From positions 2,095,894 to 2,127,893 of the forward strand of contig CP076040.1 in the NCBI GenBank assembly GCA_014529675.2: DNA of 32,000 nt. Direction: 5' to 3'. Both the position numbers and the translations under genes were made by a program. Below are positions 19,241-28,912 of this stretch, piece after piece. The notes under the pieces were generated by a model. It was not told where the DNA came from and did no database searches. It worked only from the letters and a program-made list of their open reading frames with translations. This stretch comes from Opitutia bacterium ISCC 52 (GTDB taxonomy: Bacteria; Verrucomicrobiota; Verrucomicrobiia; Opitutales; UBA2995). Position 1 is the first letter of the stretch. Each line of letters begins with the position of its first letter.

Positions 19241-20737
19241 TCATTGCTCTTCTTTATACTGCTCGATTCGTTTGCGAAGCGTGGCTCGAGTAATGCCAAG
19301 GATGGCTGAAGTGCGAACCTGATTTCCGCCGGTTTCTTCCAGCGCTCGAACAATCATGGCATGCTCGATCAGGGTCAAAATGTCTTCGTTGGCCCCTTCT
19401 CGGAGTTTTTTGTAAAGCAACTCATAGCTGTCTTCTATGCTCAGCACCGAAGGGGCTGGATCAGTGGCAGTGGTGCTTTCGTCTTCATCTTGAGCGTCCG
19501 AACTTACTTCCGTAGAAGTCGACAATTTCTTCAGATCCAAATTGCGCTCGTTTGCCCAATCATGAATTTCGGAAGGAAGGTCTTTGGAAAGTATGGTATC
19601 ACCCTGCGCCAGGACTGATGCGCGATTTATTACGTTTTCAAGTTCACGCACATTGCCAGGCCATGGATACTGTTCTAATAATGAGCGAACATCTGCACTA
19701 ATGCGGTTAATTCGACTTTTCCCTTGTTTGGCGAGGCGCTGGAGCATGAAGTCTATTAACTCAGGGATATCGGCGCTTCGCTCCTTTAAATTCGGCAGGC
19801 GTATGCGGGCTACATTGAGTCGGTAGTAGAGGTCTTCCCTGAAATCTTTGTCCTCGACCAACTTTTCCAAGTCCTTGTTGGTCGCGGCAACCAGACGGAC
19901 GTTGACCTTAAGGGTTTCAGAGCCCCCTACTCGCTGAATCTCCCCTTCCTGCAATACGCGCAGCACTTTTGTTTGGGTCGCGAGTTCCATATCACCGATC
20001 TCGTCCAAAAAGATGGTGCCTCCATCGCAGAGCTCAAATTTACCTTTTCGAGTTTGAGCCGCCCCTGTAAACGCACCTTTTTCATGCCCAAATAACTCAC
20101 TCTCAATCAAGTTTTCCGGGATAGCAGCGCAATTGACCGCGATGTAGGGGCCGCCTGATCGAAGGCTGTGCTGGCAAATGGCTTTGGCGATCAATTCCTT
20201 ACCCGTTCCACTTTCGCCGGTAATCAGGACAGTAACTTCACTGGCTGCAATTTGCCCGATCTGCTTAAACACCTCCTGCATGGGCTGAGAACTTCCCACT
20301 ATGCCCTCCTTATAGTCGTCGCTATTTAGGAGAGGTTCATACTCCTCCGTGCTTTCTCTGTCGGCTTTCGCTTCCAGTGCTTTTTCGATGAGCGACATCA
20401 CCTTCTCCATATCGAAGGGTTTGATGATGTAGTCGAATGCTCCAAATTTCATGGCTTCAATGGCTGTCTGAGTAGTGCCATAGGCCGTCATCATTATGAT
20501 ATGACAGCTATCTCGGTCACCCATGAGATGCTGGAGTGTCTCCAGTCCCGAGATGCCCCCCATTCGGTTATCGAGAAAAATAATATCCGGTAGCTCCTTG
20601 GCAGCGACTTCTATCCCTTTTTCACCACTGCCAGCCTCTATTACTTCGAAATTGCGAGTTTGTAAGACACGGCTCAGTGAATAGCGAACTTCATCGTCGT
20701 CATCGATAATCAAAATTTTTGCAGTCATTCCTTCCAT
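19241..20737 (-). CDS. sigma-54-dependent response regulator (NtrC family)
   Basis: Receiver [16 protein letters not shown]...[10 protein letters not shown]...MMTAYG...IIKPFD; AAA+ domain [48 protein letters not shown]; C-terminal Fis-type helix-turn-helix. Confidence 0.92.
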   Translation of the reverse strand: MEGMTAKILIIDDDDEVRYSLSRVLQTRNFEVIEAGSGEKGIEVAAKELPDIIFLDNRMGGISGLETLQHLMGDRDSCHIIMMTAYGTTQTAIEAMKFGAFDYIIKPFDMEKVMSLIEKALEAKADRESTEEYEPLLNSDDYKEGIVGSSQPMQEVFKQIGQIAASEVTVLITGESGTGKELIAKAICQHSLRSGGPYIAVNCAAIPENLIESELFGHEKGAFTGAAQTRKGKFELCDGGTIFLDEIGDMELATQTKVLRVLQEGEIQRVGGSETLKVNVRLVAATNKDLEKLVEDKDFREDLYYRLNVARIRLPNLKERSADIPELIDFMLQRLAKQGKSRINRISADVRSLLEQYPWPGNVRELENVINRASVLAQGDTILSKDLPSEIHDWANERNLDLKKLSTSTEVSSDAQDEDESTTATDPAPSVLSIEDSYELLYKKLREGANEDILTLIEHAMIVRALEETGGNQVRTSAILGITRATLRKRIEQYKEEQ

Positions 20738-20854
20738 AGATCTTCTCCTGGTCAGTTGGGTTTAACCTATCTTACAGCAGGATTTTTGCCATTGCATAGG
20801 CTAAACAAAAGATGGGTCAATTCTCATATGCAAATCGCATAGGTTCAAAAGACA

Positions 20855-21502
20855 ATGAAGATCCTTTTTGAAGACGCTCTATTACTGGTAATCAGTAAGC
20901 CAGCAGGCACCATCACTGAAGGCCCTACCAAGGATGGTAAGGAGTCAGCAGAGTCATGGTTGTCTAAAAATGGGCAACAGCGTGTATACGCCTGTCATCG
21001 ATTAGACCGAGATACAACGGGTGTGGTCATTTTTGCTAAAACAAAATCAGCTCTACGACTCATCAATGAACAATTCTCCAAGCGTCAGATAAAAAAAACT
21101 TACCTGGCTTGCGTGGATGGAGAATGGGCAAAGGCCTGGAATCGAATTGAAACTAGAATTAGAAGAACCACGGGAGCGGCCTGGGAAAATGCCGATGAAG
21201 GGAAGCTGGCAATTACGACCTTTCGGAGATTGGCATCTTGGAATGGCCGAAGCCTTCTGCAGGTGCTGCCCAAAACAGGCCGGACTCATCAAATTCGGCT
21301 CCATTGTGCATTCAAGTCCTGTCCGATATCAGGTGATGGGTTATACGGTCAAAGGACAGAAGATCTGCCTTCGATGGCCTTACACGCCCGAGAACTTTTA
21401 TTTAAGCACCCTACGACCCAAGAGAATTTGCGGATAGAAGCCCCCTTGCCGGATTACTGGCAATCGCATTGGTTAAAGGATTGCCCAGTTCAAATGGACT
21501 AA
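20855..21502 (+). CDS. RluA-family rRNA/tRNA pseudouridine synthase
   Basis: LLVISKPAGTITEG, ACHRLDRDTTGVVIFAKT, KTYLACVDG, LQVLPKTGRTHQIRLHCAFKSCPISGDGLYG. Confidence 0.88.
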   Translation: MKILFEDALLLVISKPAGTITEGPTKDGKESAESWLSKNGQQRVYACHRLDRDTTGVVIFAKTKSALRLINEQFSKRQIKKTYLACVDGEWAKAWNRIETRIRRTTGAAWENADEGKLAITTFRRLASWNGRSLLQVLPKTGRTHQIRLHCAFKSCPISGDGLYGQRTEDLPSMALHARELLFKHPTTQENLRIEAPLPDYWQSHWLKDCPVQMD

Positions 21503-23139
21503 AGCGATATGCCTCTTTTCCAGGGCAGAAAATCGTCCTGTCCAAGTCGAACCGCTGCAGGTTGGAACTTGCCACTGGCTACGTCGACAACCTGGTCCAG
21601 CAATTCATTTCCCATTTCAGGAATGGATTTTTCACCTCTAATAATGGGGCCTGCATCAAAATCGATAATATCACTCATGGATTCAGCCAGTTTGGTGTTG
21701 GTGGCCATTTTTATGGTTGGGGTAACCGCATTTCCGGTAGGCGTACCCAGTCCGGTAGTGAAAATGATGATATTGCATCCGGCTCCGGCAAGTGCGGTGG
21801 TTGATTCCACATCTCCGCCAGGGGTGCACAGTAAGTTCAAGCCCGGTTTGGTCGCCATCTCTGGGTAATCCAGCACATCTTCAATAGGCGAAGTGCCACC
21901 TTTTTTTGCGGCCCCGGCAGATTTGATGGCATCCGTGATCAATCCGTCGGCGATATTTCCAGGGGAAGGATTGGCATAAAACCCTGACCCCACCTCTTCT
22001 GCACGAGCCGAGTAGGTATTCATCAAATCCTGAAAACGCTTGGCCACCGGGTCTGAAACACAACGATTCAATAGTTCGCGCTCGACCCCACACAGTTCGG
22101 GGAATTCTGCCAAAATAGGAGTTCCCCCCAATGCTACTAGCATATCAGACATGTGACCCAGGCTTGGGTTGGCTGACAAGCCAGAGAATCCATCAGAGCC
22201 TCCACATTCCAGCCCTATGGTCAGTTTGGATAAGGGAGCAGGTTCTCTTTTTAATTGGTTAATATCATCGAGGCCTACAAAAATATCTTTTAGGGACTGG
22301 GTGAGCATCATCTGCTCTGACTCGCTTTTCTGCTGAGTGTGAATATGGAGGGGTCGATCAAAACCAGGATCACGTTTGTCAATTTCTTCCTGTAAGCGAC
22401 TGACTTCGGCCTGCTGACAACCCAAACTCAAAACGGTAGCACCCGCCACATTGGGATGGGTTATGTAGCCGGCCAATAAACCGCACAAGGCATGAGAATC
22501 TGAATAAACGCTTCCACATCCAGCTCCATGAGTAAGGAATTTAACTCCGTCTACATTGGGGAACGGTCTGGAACTGGCTCCAAGACCGGCAGGTAATTCT
22601 TCCGCTAGCCACTCCTCGCGGCTGGCCCCCTGCTCTCTTAGGAATGCCATGCGCTTGAATAGGCTTTCATAGCGACTGCGCTGCCCCATTCCTAAGGTTT
22701 CAGCCACGGCCTCCCGCATCACATTGATGTTCCGATTCTCACAAAATACTAGAGGAACCACCAACCAGACGTTTTGAGTTCCTGCGCGCCCGTCAGATCG
22801 GTGATAGCCGTCAAAGGTTTTACCATTCCATTGCGATATATCCGGAGCGGTCCATGAGGCCATCACTTCACGCTGGGACGCAGAGTAGCTATCAATTTCG
22901 TGGGTAATATTGTTTATGGTCAGTAATCCGCCAGCGGGAATAGCTTCATTCGCAATCCCGACGGTTACTCCATACATGTGTATGAGGTCGCCTTTTTGAA
23001 AGTCCTTAAGGGCTACTTTGTGTTTCGCCTGGATGGGTTCGACGGTTTTGATGTTTGGAGAAACATCAATTCCAGGTGCTAGGTCTTCTAAAGCGACAGC
23101 TACGGTATCTTTAGGATCAATGATTATAGAGGTTTTCAT
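21499..23139 (-). CDS. uxaA: altronate dehydratase
   Basis: NITHEIDSYSASQREVMASW, FDGYHRSDGRAGTQNVWLVVPLVFCENRN, THGAGCGSVYSDS, GLECGGSDGFSGLSANPSLG, ILAEFPELCGVE, TPGGDVESTTALAGAGCNIIIFTTGLGTPTGNAV. Confidence 0.87.
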   Translation of the reverse strand: MKTSIIIDPKDTVAVALEDLAPGIDVSPNIKTVEPIQAKHKVALKDFQKGDLIHMYGVTVGIANEAIPAGGLLTINNITHEIDSYSASQREVMASWTAPDISQWNGKTFDGYHRSDGRAGTQNVWLVVPLVFCENRNINVMREAVAETLGMGQRSRYESLFKRMAFLREQGASREEWLAEELPAGLGASSRPFPNVDGVKFLTHGAGCGSVYSDSHALCGLLAGYITHPNVAGATVLSLGCQQAEVSRLQEEIDKRDPGFDRPLHIHTQQKSESEQMMLTQSLKDIFVGLDDINQLKREPAPLSKLTIGLECGGSDGFSGLSANPSLGHMSDMLVALGGTPILAEFPELCGVERELLNRCVSDPVAKRFQDLMNTYSARAEEVGSGFYANPSPGNIADGLITDAIKSAGAAKKGGTSPIEDVLDYPEMATKPGLNLLCTPGGDVESTTALAGAGCNIIIFTTGLGTPTGNAVTPTIKMATNTKLAESMSDIIDFDAGPIIRGEKSIPEMGNELLDQVVDVASGKFQPAAVRLGQDDFLPWKRGISL

Positions 23140-23173
23140 ACTAAATGGTGAAGGAACCCCACAGACTTAGGCT

Positions 23174-25033
23174 TTACGGGTGAATATCAGCAATAAAATT
23201 GTCGAAAGAAACGTAATTTGAGAGTTTGGACTTCACATTCTGGCAAACCTGGGCATCTACCAGCCCAGTGGTATCGGCGAGAAAACAAATATACTCAGCC
23301 ACTTTGACGGCGTATCGAAGGCGACCTTCATCGCTGATCGAATAAAAACGTGCCCTCTGTTTGTATCCTGCCGGCGAGTGATCACCTAAAGAGGACTTTT
23401 CAGCTACCCCATCGGCAGCCAGCACGTAGAGGAAATTGTATTCAAACCAGAACATATGATCTGGGTTGGGTCTTAGCGCTTCCAGGGCCGTTCTAGTGCT
23501 GGCAGCTGACTCGAACACCTCCGTATTTGTTTTCTCAAAGTTGAGGGCATCGACAATGAATTCACGGGCCATTTTTTGTTCTGTTGGATCGGCGCTGAAT
23601 GCTCCTGCCACAGCTAAATCAATGGTGAATGCATACCAATCCCTCCATAGAGCTTGGTCACTGGTGTCACTCGATTGGCTGAGCGCGACACCCATTTCGT
23701 AGGTGTAACGACCACTGGTTTTAATCTCGAGATTCTGAGAAGTCACGTCACCCATCACTTTGTAATTCTCTCCTGATTTTCCTGAACCAGAATGAAAACC
23801 AATGCTGACGCCCAGTTTTTCACAAACAACCCATTGGCGAGTGATCATCTCTTCCAGTTCCTTATTATCAGGATATGGCATGTTCTTTTGGAAACCAAAT
23901 GCAGGTGCCACAAAATCTGCCGACATGCCCATTGCTTCACATAATGAGAGCATAATCCCTGTTGTTTCTGGGCTCGTAAGTCCTGGCAACTCATCGATTG
24001 ATAATTCCCGCAAGTAGGCACGGCCTTCCTCGTTTGTGAAAGCAGCTTCCCGGGCGGCCCGGTATTTATCATCCCGAACCTTCATCTTTTTCATGGCAGG
24101 CCAGACATAACAGAGAAGTTCATTAAACTCTGCCTCGTCCAATGATAGACCGAGTTGATTTACTTTTGAGCGAACCGTATCGACCAATGAAGTCTCTATT
24201 TCCTTCTGCACATAGTCGACTCTCCTTTCCTGGCTGTCAGGCACCAGTGTTTCAGCGAGCTCTGGAGATAGGTCAAAAGTGATGTATGAAGCGAATAAGC
24301 AACCAGCTACCAGTGCATCTTCGCGTATGTCGTACTTCCCGCCGATGGGTTGATGGTCGGCATTGAAGCTCCATGCGATTCGCCGGTGATGAAAACCACT
24401 TTTCAGTTTTTGCAAAACACAGCCGTGACTCATGCCCTCGACAGACTGGCCTTGGTGTCCTTCCGGAACATCCGTCCCAATGAATGGAAAGGGAACCGTT
24501 TCCAGTTCATCAGCCAACATCACGTCGACATCGTAGACCAGTTCCCTTGGGATACTATTTTGATTGGCAGTAAGCCCGATTCCCAGTTGCGCCATTGCCC
24601 AATCGACTCCTGGCCAGTGGAGGGTCGTAAAGCGTGCGCCTATGCCAAGAGTGCTATTTCCAAGCTCCTTGGAAGTTCTTGGGAAAATCGTGCAGTCGAT
24701 GGTATCTTTTTGAACGATGTTCTTTACCTTGATCAGGTTTTCAAAACTAGCCGGGAAATAGAAACAATTCTCAATCTGAACACCGTCGGAAAGTACTTCG
24801 ATAGCATCATCAAACAATGCTTCAAGACACCAAGCATGATCACCGAGGTGATCTTCGACCAAAGACCACATTCCGTGTCCTGTCGAAAAATGACTCGGTT
24901 CATGGCGGGTAATATTTTTCGATGAAATATTTGCCTGTAGAGACTCCCAATCTAAACAAAAGTCTGGACTGATACAGGGGTTGTCGTGAATCCGTAGATT
25001 ATGTTCGAGAAGGAATGAATTGATCGCGCTCAT
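23174..25033 (-). CDS. tagaturonate epimerase (UxaE)-like protein
   Basis: 619 aa protein next to uxaA with FDLSPELAETL, KLGVSIGFHSGSGKSGENYKVMGDVTSQNLEIKTSGRYTYEMG and LEYN-like terminal regions reminiscent of the UxaE family; recalled by eye, no search run. Confidence 0.6.
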   Translation of the reverse strand: MSAINSFLLEHNLRIHDNPCISPDFCLDWESLQANISSKNITRHEPSHFSTGHGMWSLVEDHLGDHAWCLEALFDDAIEVLSDGVQIENCFYFPASFENLIKVKNIVQKDTIDCTIFPRTSKELGNSTLGIGARFTTLHWPGVDWAMAQLGIGLTANQNSIPRELVYDVDVMLADELETVPFPFIGTDVPEGHQGQSVEGMSHGCVLQKLKSGFHHRRIAWSFNADHQPIGGKYDIREDALVAGCLFASYITFDLSPELAETLVPDSQERRVDYVQKEIETSLVDTVRSKVNQLGLSLDEAEFNELLCYVWPAMKKMKVRDDKYRAAREAAFTNEEGRAYLRELSIDELPGLTSPETTGIMLSLCEAMGMSADFVAPAFGFQKNMPYPDNKELEEMITRQWVVCEKLGVSIGFHSGSGKSGENYKVMGDVTSQNLEIKTSGRYTYEMGVALSQSSDTSDQALWRDWYAFTIDLAVAGAFSADPTEQKMAREFIVDALNFEKTNTEVFESAASTRTALEALRPNPDHMFWFEYNFLYVLAADGVAEKSSLGDHSPAGYKQRARFYSISDEGRLRYAVKVAEYICFLADTTGLVDAQVCQNVKSKLSNYVSFDNFIADIHP

Positions 25034-25311
25034 GAATAAAAACCATTAACATGAGTATCCCTTCCGTAGACTAAAAGACAAATCCCGTACTTAACCTGAC
25101 CTTTTCATGGAAATAAGGAACTCGCGCATAAGGTACCTGAAAATGGCTTAATCCCTTGGAAAGGCCAATGTTTCCCAGCACCAACGGTGAGAGGAAGAGA
25201 ATAATCTTAAGCGGATTCATTGCATGGCCTTAATTTAGAGCGCTAAAATATAACCTATTCGATTCGGATTAATCGTCAAACATGCAACAGAATTGGACTC
25301 GCGGTTCCGGA

Positions 25312-26148
25312 TCATGCCCCCAGTATTTCAGCTAGCTGGTTCAAATCCTTGGCAATGATATCGACAGGAACTTTCGGAATTACCGGACTCTTCCCCAGGC
25401 CGAACTCATCCGGACGCTCAATTGCTGCAACCTTCAAACCAGCTTTTGCAGCACCGGCCATATCTACGTTATGTGACGCTGCAGATACCATCATGCATTC
25501 ACTGGGATGGAACTCAAGCGCCTCCGCCGACGCCTGATAGACACGTGCCTTAGGTTTATAGTCCTTAGCAATGTCTGCGCCGAGGGTCGCATCAAAACGG
25601 ATGTCATTGCGGCGTGCAACATCGGCAATCAATCTAATATTCGCATTGGATACTGGCGCCAAAAGAAACTTCTTGCGCAATCGGGGAAGTGCACTCGCAA
25701 CGTCTGGCCAAGCGTCAAGACGGTGCCAAGAGAGATTAAGATCATGCAGGACGTCCTCCGACAAGCCTGTGACGTCAAAGCGTGGGAGAACCATATCAAG
25801 CATTCGACGATGCACGACATCCAGATTTACATATGGAATGCGGCCAGAACGGACTTCCTCCATTCCCGGCCCATATAAGGAGCGCCAGGCATCCGCGAAG
25901 GCCAACCAGTCGAGCGAGTAGCCTAGCGGTTTAAGTATGGTTTCTACTGATCGCGCGACACCCGTGCGCCAATCAAGAACTGTGCCGAACATATCAAAGA
26001 AAAGCGCTTTGACACCGTATTGTGAATTGCCGGGCACCCCTTGGCCAAATCCTGGACCCGCGGACAAAACTGCAAAGCTTGTGACAATACTGCCACCGGT
26101 CAGTATCGTTGAGCTCTTCAAAAAAGATCGCCTTCCAATTATCGTCAT
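25312..26148 (-). CDS. haloacid dehalogenase type II-like HAD hydrolase with twin-arginine signal
   Basis: MTIIGRRSFLKSSTILTGGSIVTSFAVLSAGPGFGQ signal, then VKALFFDMFGTVLDWRTGV, LAPVSNANIRL, MMVSAASHNVDMAGAAKAGLKVAAIERP. The ATG at 26148 (GGTGAG upstream) fits better than the track start at 26175. Confidence 0.8.
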   Translation of the reverse strand: MTIIGRRSFLKSSTILTGGSIVTSFAVLSAGPGFGQGVPGNSQYGVKALFFDMFGTVLDWRTGVARSVETILKPLGYSLDWLAFADAWRSLYGPGMEEVRSGRIPYVNLDVVHRRMLDMVLPRFDVTGLSEDVLHDLNLSWHRLDAWPDVASALPRLRKKFLLAPVSNANIRLIADVARRNDIRFDATLGADIAKDYKPKARVYQASAEALEFHPSECMMVSAASHNVDMAGAAKAGLKVAAIERPDEFGLGKSPVIPKVPVDIIAKDLNQLAEILGA

Positions 26149-26155
26149 ATCGTTC

Positions 26156-26449
26156 TCACCTTTCCAAATCAGCACTCAGAACTGCATTAATGCCATCGTA
26201 GTTGATTGCCTGGATGGTCTTATGACTATCAGCAAACTCCTGATAGGAAAACAATACTGAAACACCTCCTGCTCCAGATTCAATGTATGTAGTTCCGTTA
26301 AGATTAAGAGTGACAGACCATCCAAGTGGGAGATCTGCGGTCCCATTGCCGCCGATGCTTATCACCGTCCCAGGTAATGCTTGAATCAGAAGCGCGTTAA
26401 TACCGATAAGACAACTTACAATACGAAACAGGGGAATCATGCTCGCCAA
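26156..26449 (-). CDS. small secreted hypothetical protein
   Basis: 97 aa ORF with hydrophobic N-terminus (MIPLFRIVSCLIGINALLIQALPG), ending 7 bp before the HAD start and in the same direction. Confidence 0.4.
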   Translation of the reverse strand: MASMIPLFRIVSCLIGINALLIQALPGTVISIGGNGTADLPLGWSVTLNLNGTTYIESGAGGVSVLFSYQEFADSHKTIQAINYDGINAVLSADLER

Positions 26450-27155
26450 TTAACTAACGATTCAATTTATCGGCAATTTTATTTTATGAGTAATTTATCC
26501 CGTGGCTTTGAAAAGTCATAGAGAGTATAAAGCCTGTAGGGAGAAAAATTCTGTGTGGGCTACTCAGTCTCTGTCCGACTATAATCTATGCCTCAGGAGA
26601 ATAAAATTCTGTCTGGGTTAAGGAATACACATTAATCAGCCTGTCCGTCAGGGCAGACCCCCTCCCCGCTCTTCTCTGAAAATTACTACAATATTTTTAG
26701 AGATTAGCTAATGCCTACACTCAGAGGAATTCGGATACGACCACTCCACTTGTGTTTCACAGAAAGGGGACCCCTGTCTTCGTATTCGAATGTGTTGGAT
26801 AGATGGGAGCGTTTATATACCAGCGACTACCCCAGGCTTTATATGGCGACCTACCCTACCCCTAATTAGCTTTAACAGGAATAGGGACCAGGGCACAGCT
26901 GCAAGCCTCTGGATTCTACTTGGCAGGTGCGGTTCATACTTATGACAGCGTCAGCAAGTGTAGGATTAATAACTTGGTCCTCCTTGGGGACTAAGTCACT
27001 TCTTCTGCCTTGTGCCAGTCCTACAGTCTCCTTCTGAAGCTGATAAGCTCCCCTAGGCACCTTTCAGCTCTTAGGAATAAAGGGGAAAATAAGGGATTGA
27101 ATTCGTGATAATGGCCCACAAGTGGCTCACAGCGACCTGCAGAAAGCTCTTTTCT

Positions 27156-27178
27156 AAAACGATAAATGATCGTATTTT
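27156..27178 (-). terminator. possible terminator downstream of the tRNA
   Basis: On the minus strand ACGAT-CATTT-ATCGT followed by TTTT, about 25 nt past the tRNA CCA end. Confidence 0.3.
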
Positions 27179-27201
27179 CTTTATCAGCAATAGATTACAA
27201 A

Positions 27202-27276
27202 TGGTGCCAGAGGGCAGAGTTGAACTGCCGACCAAGAGCTTATGAGTCTCCTGCTCTACCACTGAGCTACTCTGGC
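27202..27276 (-). tRNA. tRNA with anticodon CAT (elongator Met or lysidine-modified Ile2), CCA encoded
   Basis: Cloverleaf reads GCCAGAG TA GCTC AGTGGTA GAGC A GGAGA CTCATAA GCTCT TGGTC GGCAG TTCAACT CTGCC CTCTGGC A CCA. Acceptor, D and T stems pair fully; one A31/G39 mismatch in the anticodon stem. Confidence 0.9.
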
Positions 27277-27361
27277 ATTTTTGAAATAGCGGATGAAAGG
27301 ACTTATTCTTGCTAAGTCAAGTCCCGACAAGCAAAACCAAAATCCATAAATGGCCATGCAA

Positions 27362-27903
27362 TTAGTCATTCGCTAAGCCCAATTCTTGCCTACACAAGAG
27401 AATGGGGACACCTTCAAGCCCCATGGGGATTTCTTCTTTTGGTATCCACCCCTCCGACTTGAATAGCTGGTATGCAGGAAGGTTATCTTTCATAACGTGA
27501 AGGTAGACAGCGAAATATTTCTCTGCCCTTGAATGAGCTAATGCCTGTCGAATCAACCTACGACCAAGGCCTTGTCTGATGAAATCCCGATGAACATGCA
27601 TTCCCTCCAAATATGCAGCCGAACCCAAGTCATCTTTATCTTGGTAGGCAGTGTCCGGCTTTAGGGAAACCATGCCTGCAATACGGATGTCTGCTGAGGC
27701 AATCCAGATTGTAATTCGGTCGTCTAGGGCTCTTTTTTTCAATCCTTTTCATAGTCACTTAAAACCCGACTGGTGAGCCAATCTTGAGAAGCATAGGGCT
27801 TGAAGGACTCAGAGTGACTAAAGTGGTGGAGAGGCGCCAGGGCAGGCCAATCAGAATACGAAGCCAGTCTCAGTTCGATCTCGGGACTATTCAATTCTGT
27901 CAT
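27362..27903 (-). pseudogene. GNAT family N-acetyltransferase with an apparent 1-nt deletion near 27742-27745
   Basis: ATG at 27903 gives MTELNSPEIELRLASYSDWPALAPLHHFSHSESFKPYASQDWLTSRVLSDYEKD*. The shifted frame then gives (L)KKRALDDRITIWIASADIRIAGMVSLKPD...LEGMHVHRDFIRQGLGRRLIRQAL...DNLPAYQLFKSEGW, completing a GNAT fold. Confidence 0.68.
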
Positions 27904-28912
27904 TGTTGATATCCTGGGCCCCGTCTTCCATTCGTAGAGAAAAATAGTCTCTCAAGTAGGTATGTAGTTCGGGCTTGTTACTGTTCCAACGCCAACAACC
28001 ACTTTCATCAATTGCGATATCTGTGTATGGATTGAATTCATGCTGCTCAAGTCCCGCACGTCTCTTGTCATAATTACGGTCCTTTATTGCCCCATGCCAT
28101 AGATGATAAATATTGCCAGAGACAAACCCAAGATCGCCAGCGACTTCACGATAAAAAGGAATAGCCCAATCTAAGAAATGCTCCTTTCGTTTGGGATTCA
28201 TTTTGAGGTTTCCGGAAATGTCTTCAAAGTTCCCTAACACTCCACTTAGAATGGGACCATCCCCTCCCCCTACAAAGCAAGCATCATACAACTTATGTCT
28301 ATCGAGAAGCTCATGTCGGGCTGCCCAAGCTAAGCCGCGTGTGAGTCCCCAAGCCCTCTTGTCTGTGGATTGCATTAGATCATGGATGCGTTTGTTAGCT
28401 CCAAGGGCCCTAGCTAATGATTCGCATTTTTGTGAGCTATGATTCGGCGAGAAACATCCAGGTGGTGCTCCTCGATTAAGTTTATATGAATGCGCAAAAG
28501 GTTGAATGACCTTATGACGTTCGAGTGCTTCTTCTGCTTCAAGAGCCCACTCATGGTTTTCAAAAACAATATCACAATCCAACCAGGCCACCTTTCTGCA
28601 GGATTCAGGCAAAGCCTCGATTGCTACGTTGAGCAAACGTTCCTTCTGTCACATGATATCTTTCCCTGTTAACTGAATCATCAGTTCGGCATCATCGGCT
28701 GGTAGATGATATTCACCCGTAAAGGATAATTCTACCGTTACTAACGGTATCTTAAGGTGCTTCCTGAAGATATCGTAGTTGGATCGTCTATTAGCGTAAT
28801 TGCAGGGATTAAAATAGGAAGTAATCGCCCACAACGGTTGATTTGATTGGGAATGACTCAGCGCTCTGTTGTCATTATATACAGTCGGTCCACTCATTAT
28901 GTGCGCGAACAA
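27887..28912 (-). pseudogene. glycosyltransferase-like protein interrupted by one in-frame TGA (28649-28651)
   Basis: Same frame on both sides of the stop: ...PLWAITSYFNPCNYANRRSNYDIFRKHL...DDAELMIQLTGKDIM(TGA)QKERLLNVAIEALPESCRKVAWLDCDIVFENHEW.... DCD is DxD-like. Confidence 0.6.

Noticed and set aside
26872-27060. 62 aa minus-strand ORF MPRGAYQLQKETVGLAQ...
   Set aside because: Short, with no signal, no domain and no visible neighbour link; likely chance.
27071-27262. 63 aa minus-strand ORF
   Set aside because: It overlaps the tRNA at 27202-27276 and has no recognisable motif.
18716-28651. TGA reassigned as a sense codon, or selenocysteine
   Set aside because: TGA terminates intact genes in the same window, and the three in-frame TGAs would need different residues. 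No SECIS-like element was evident by eye.
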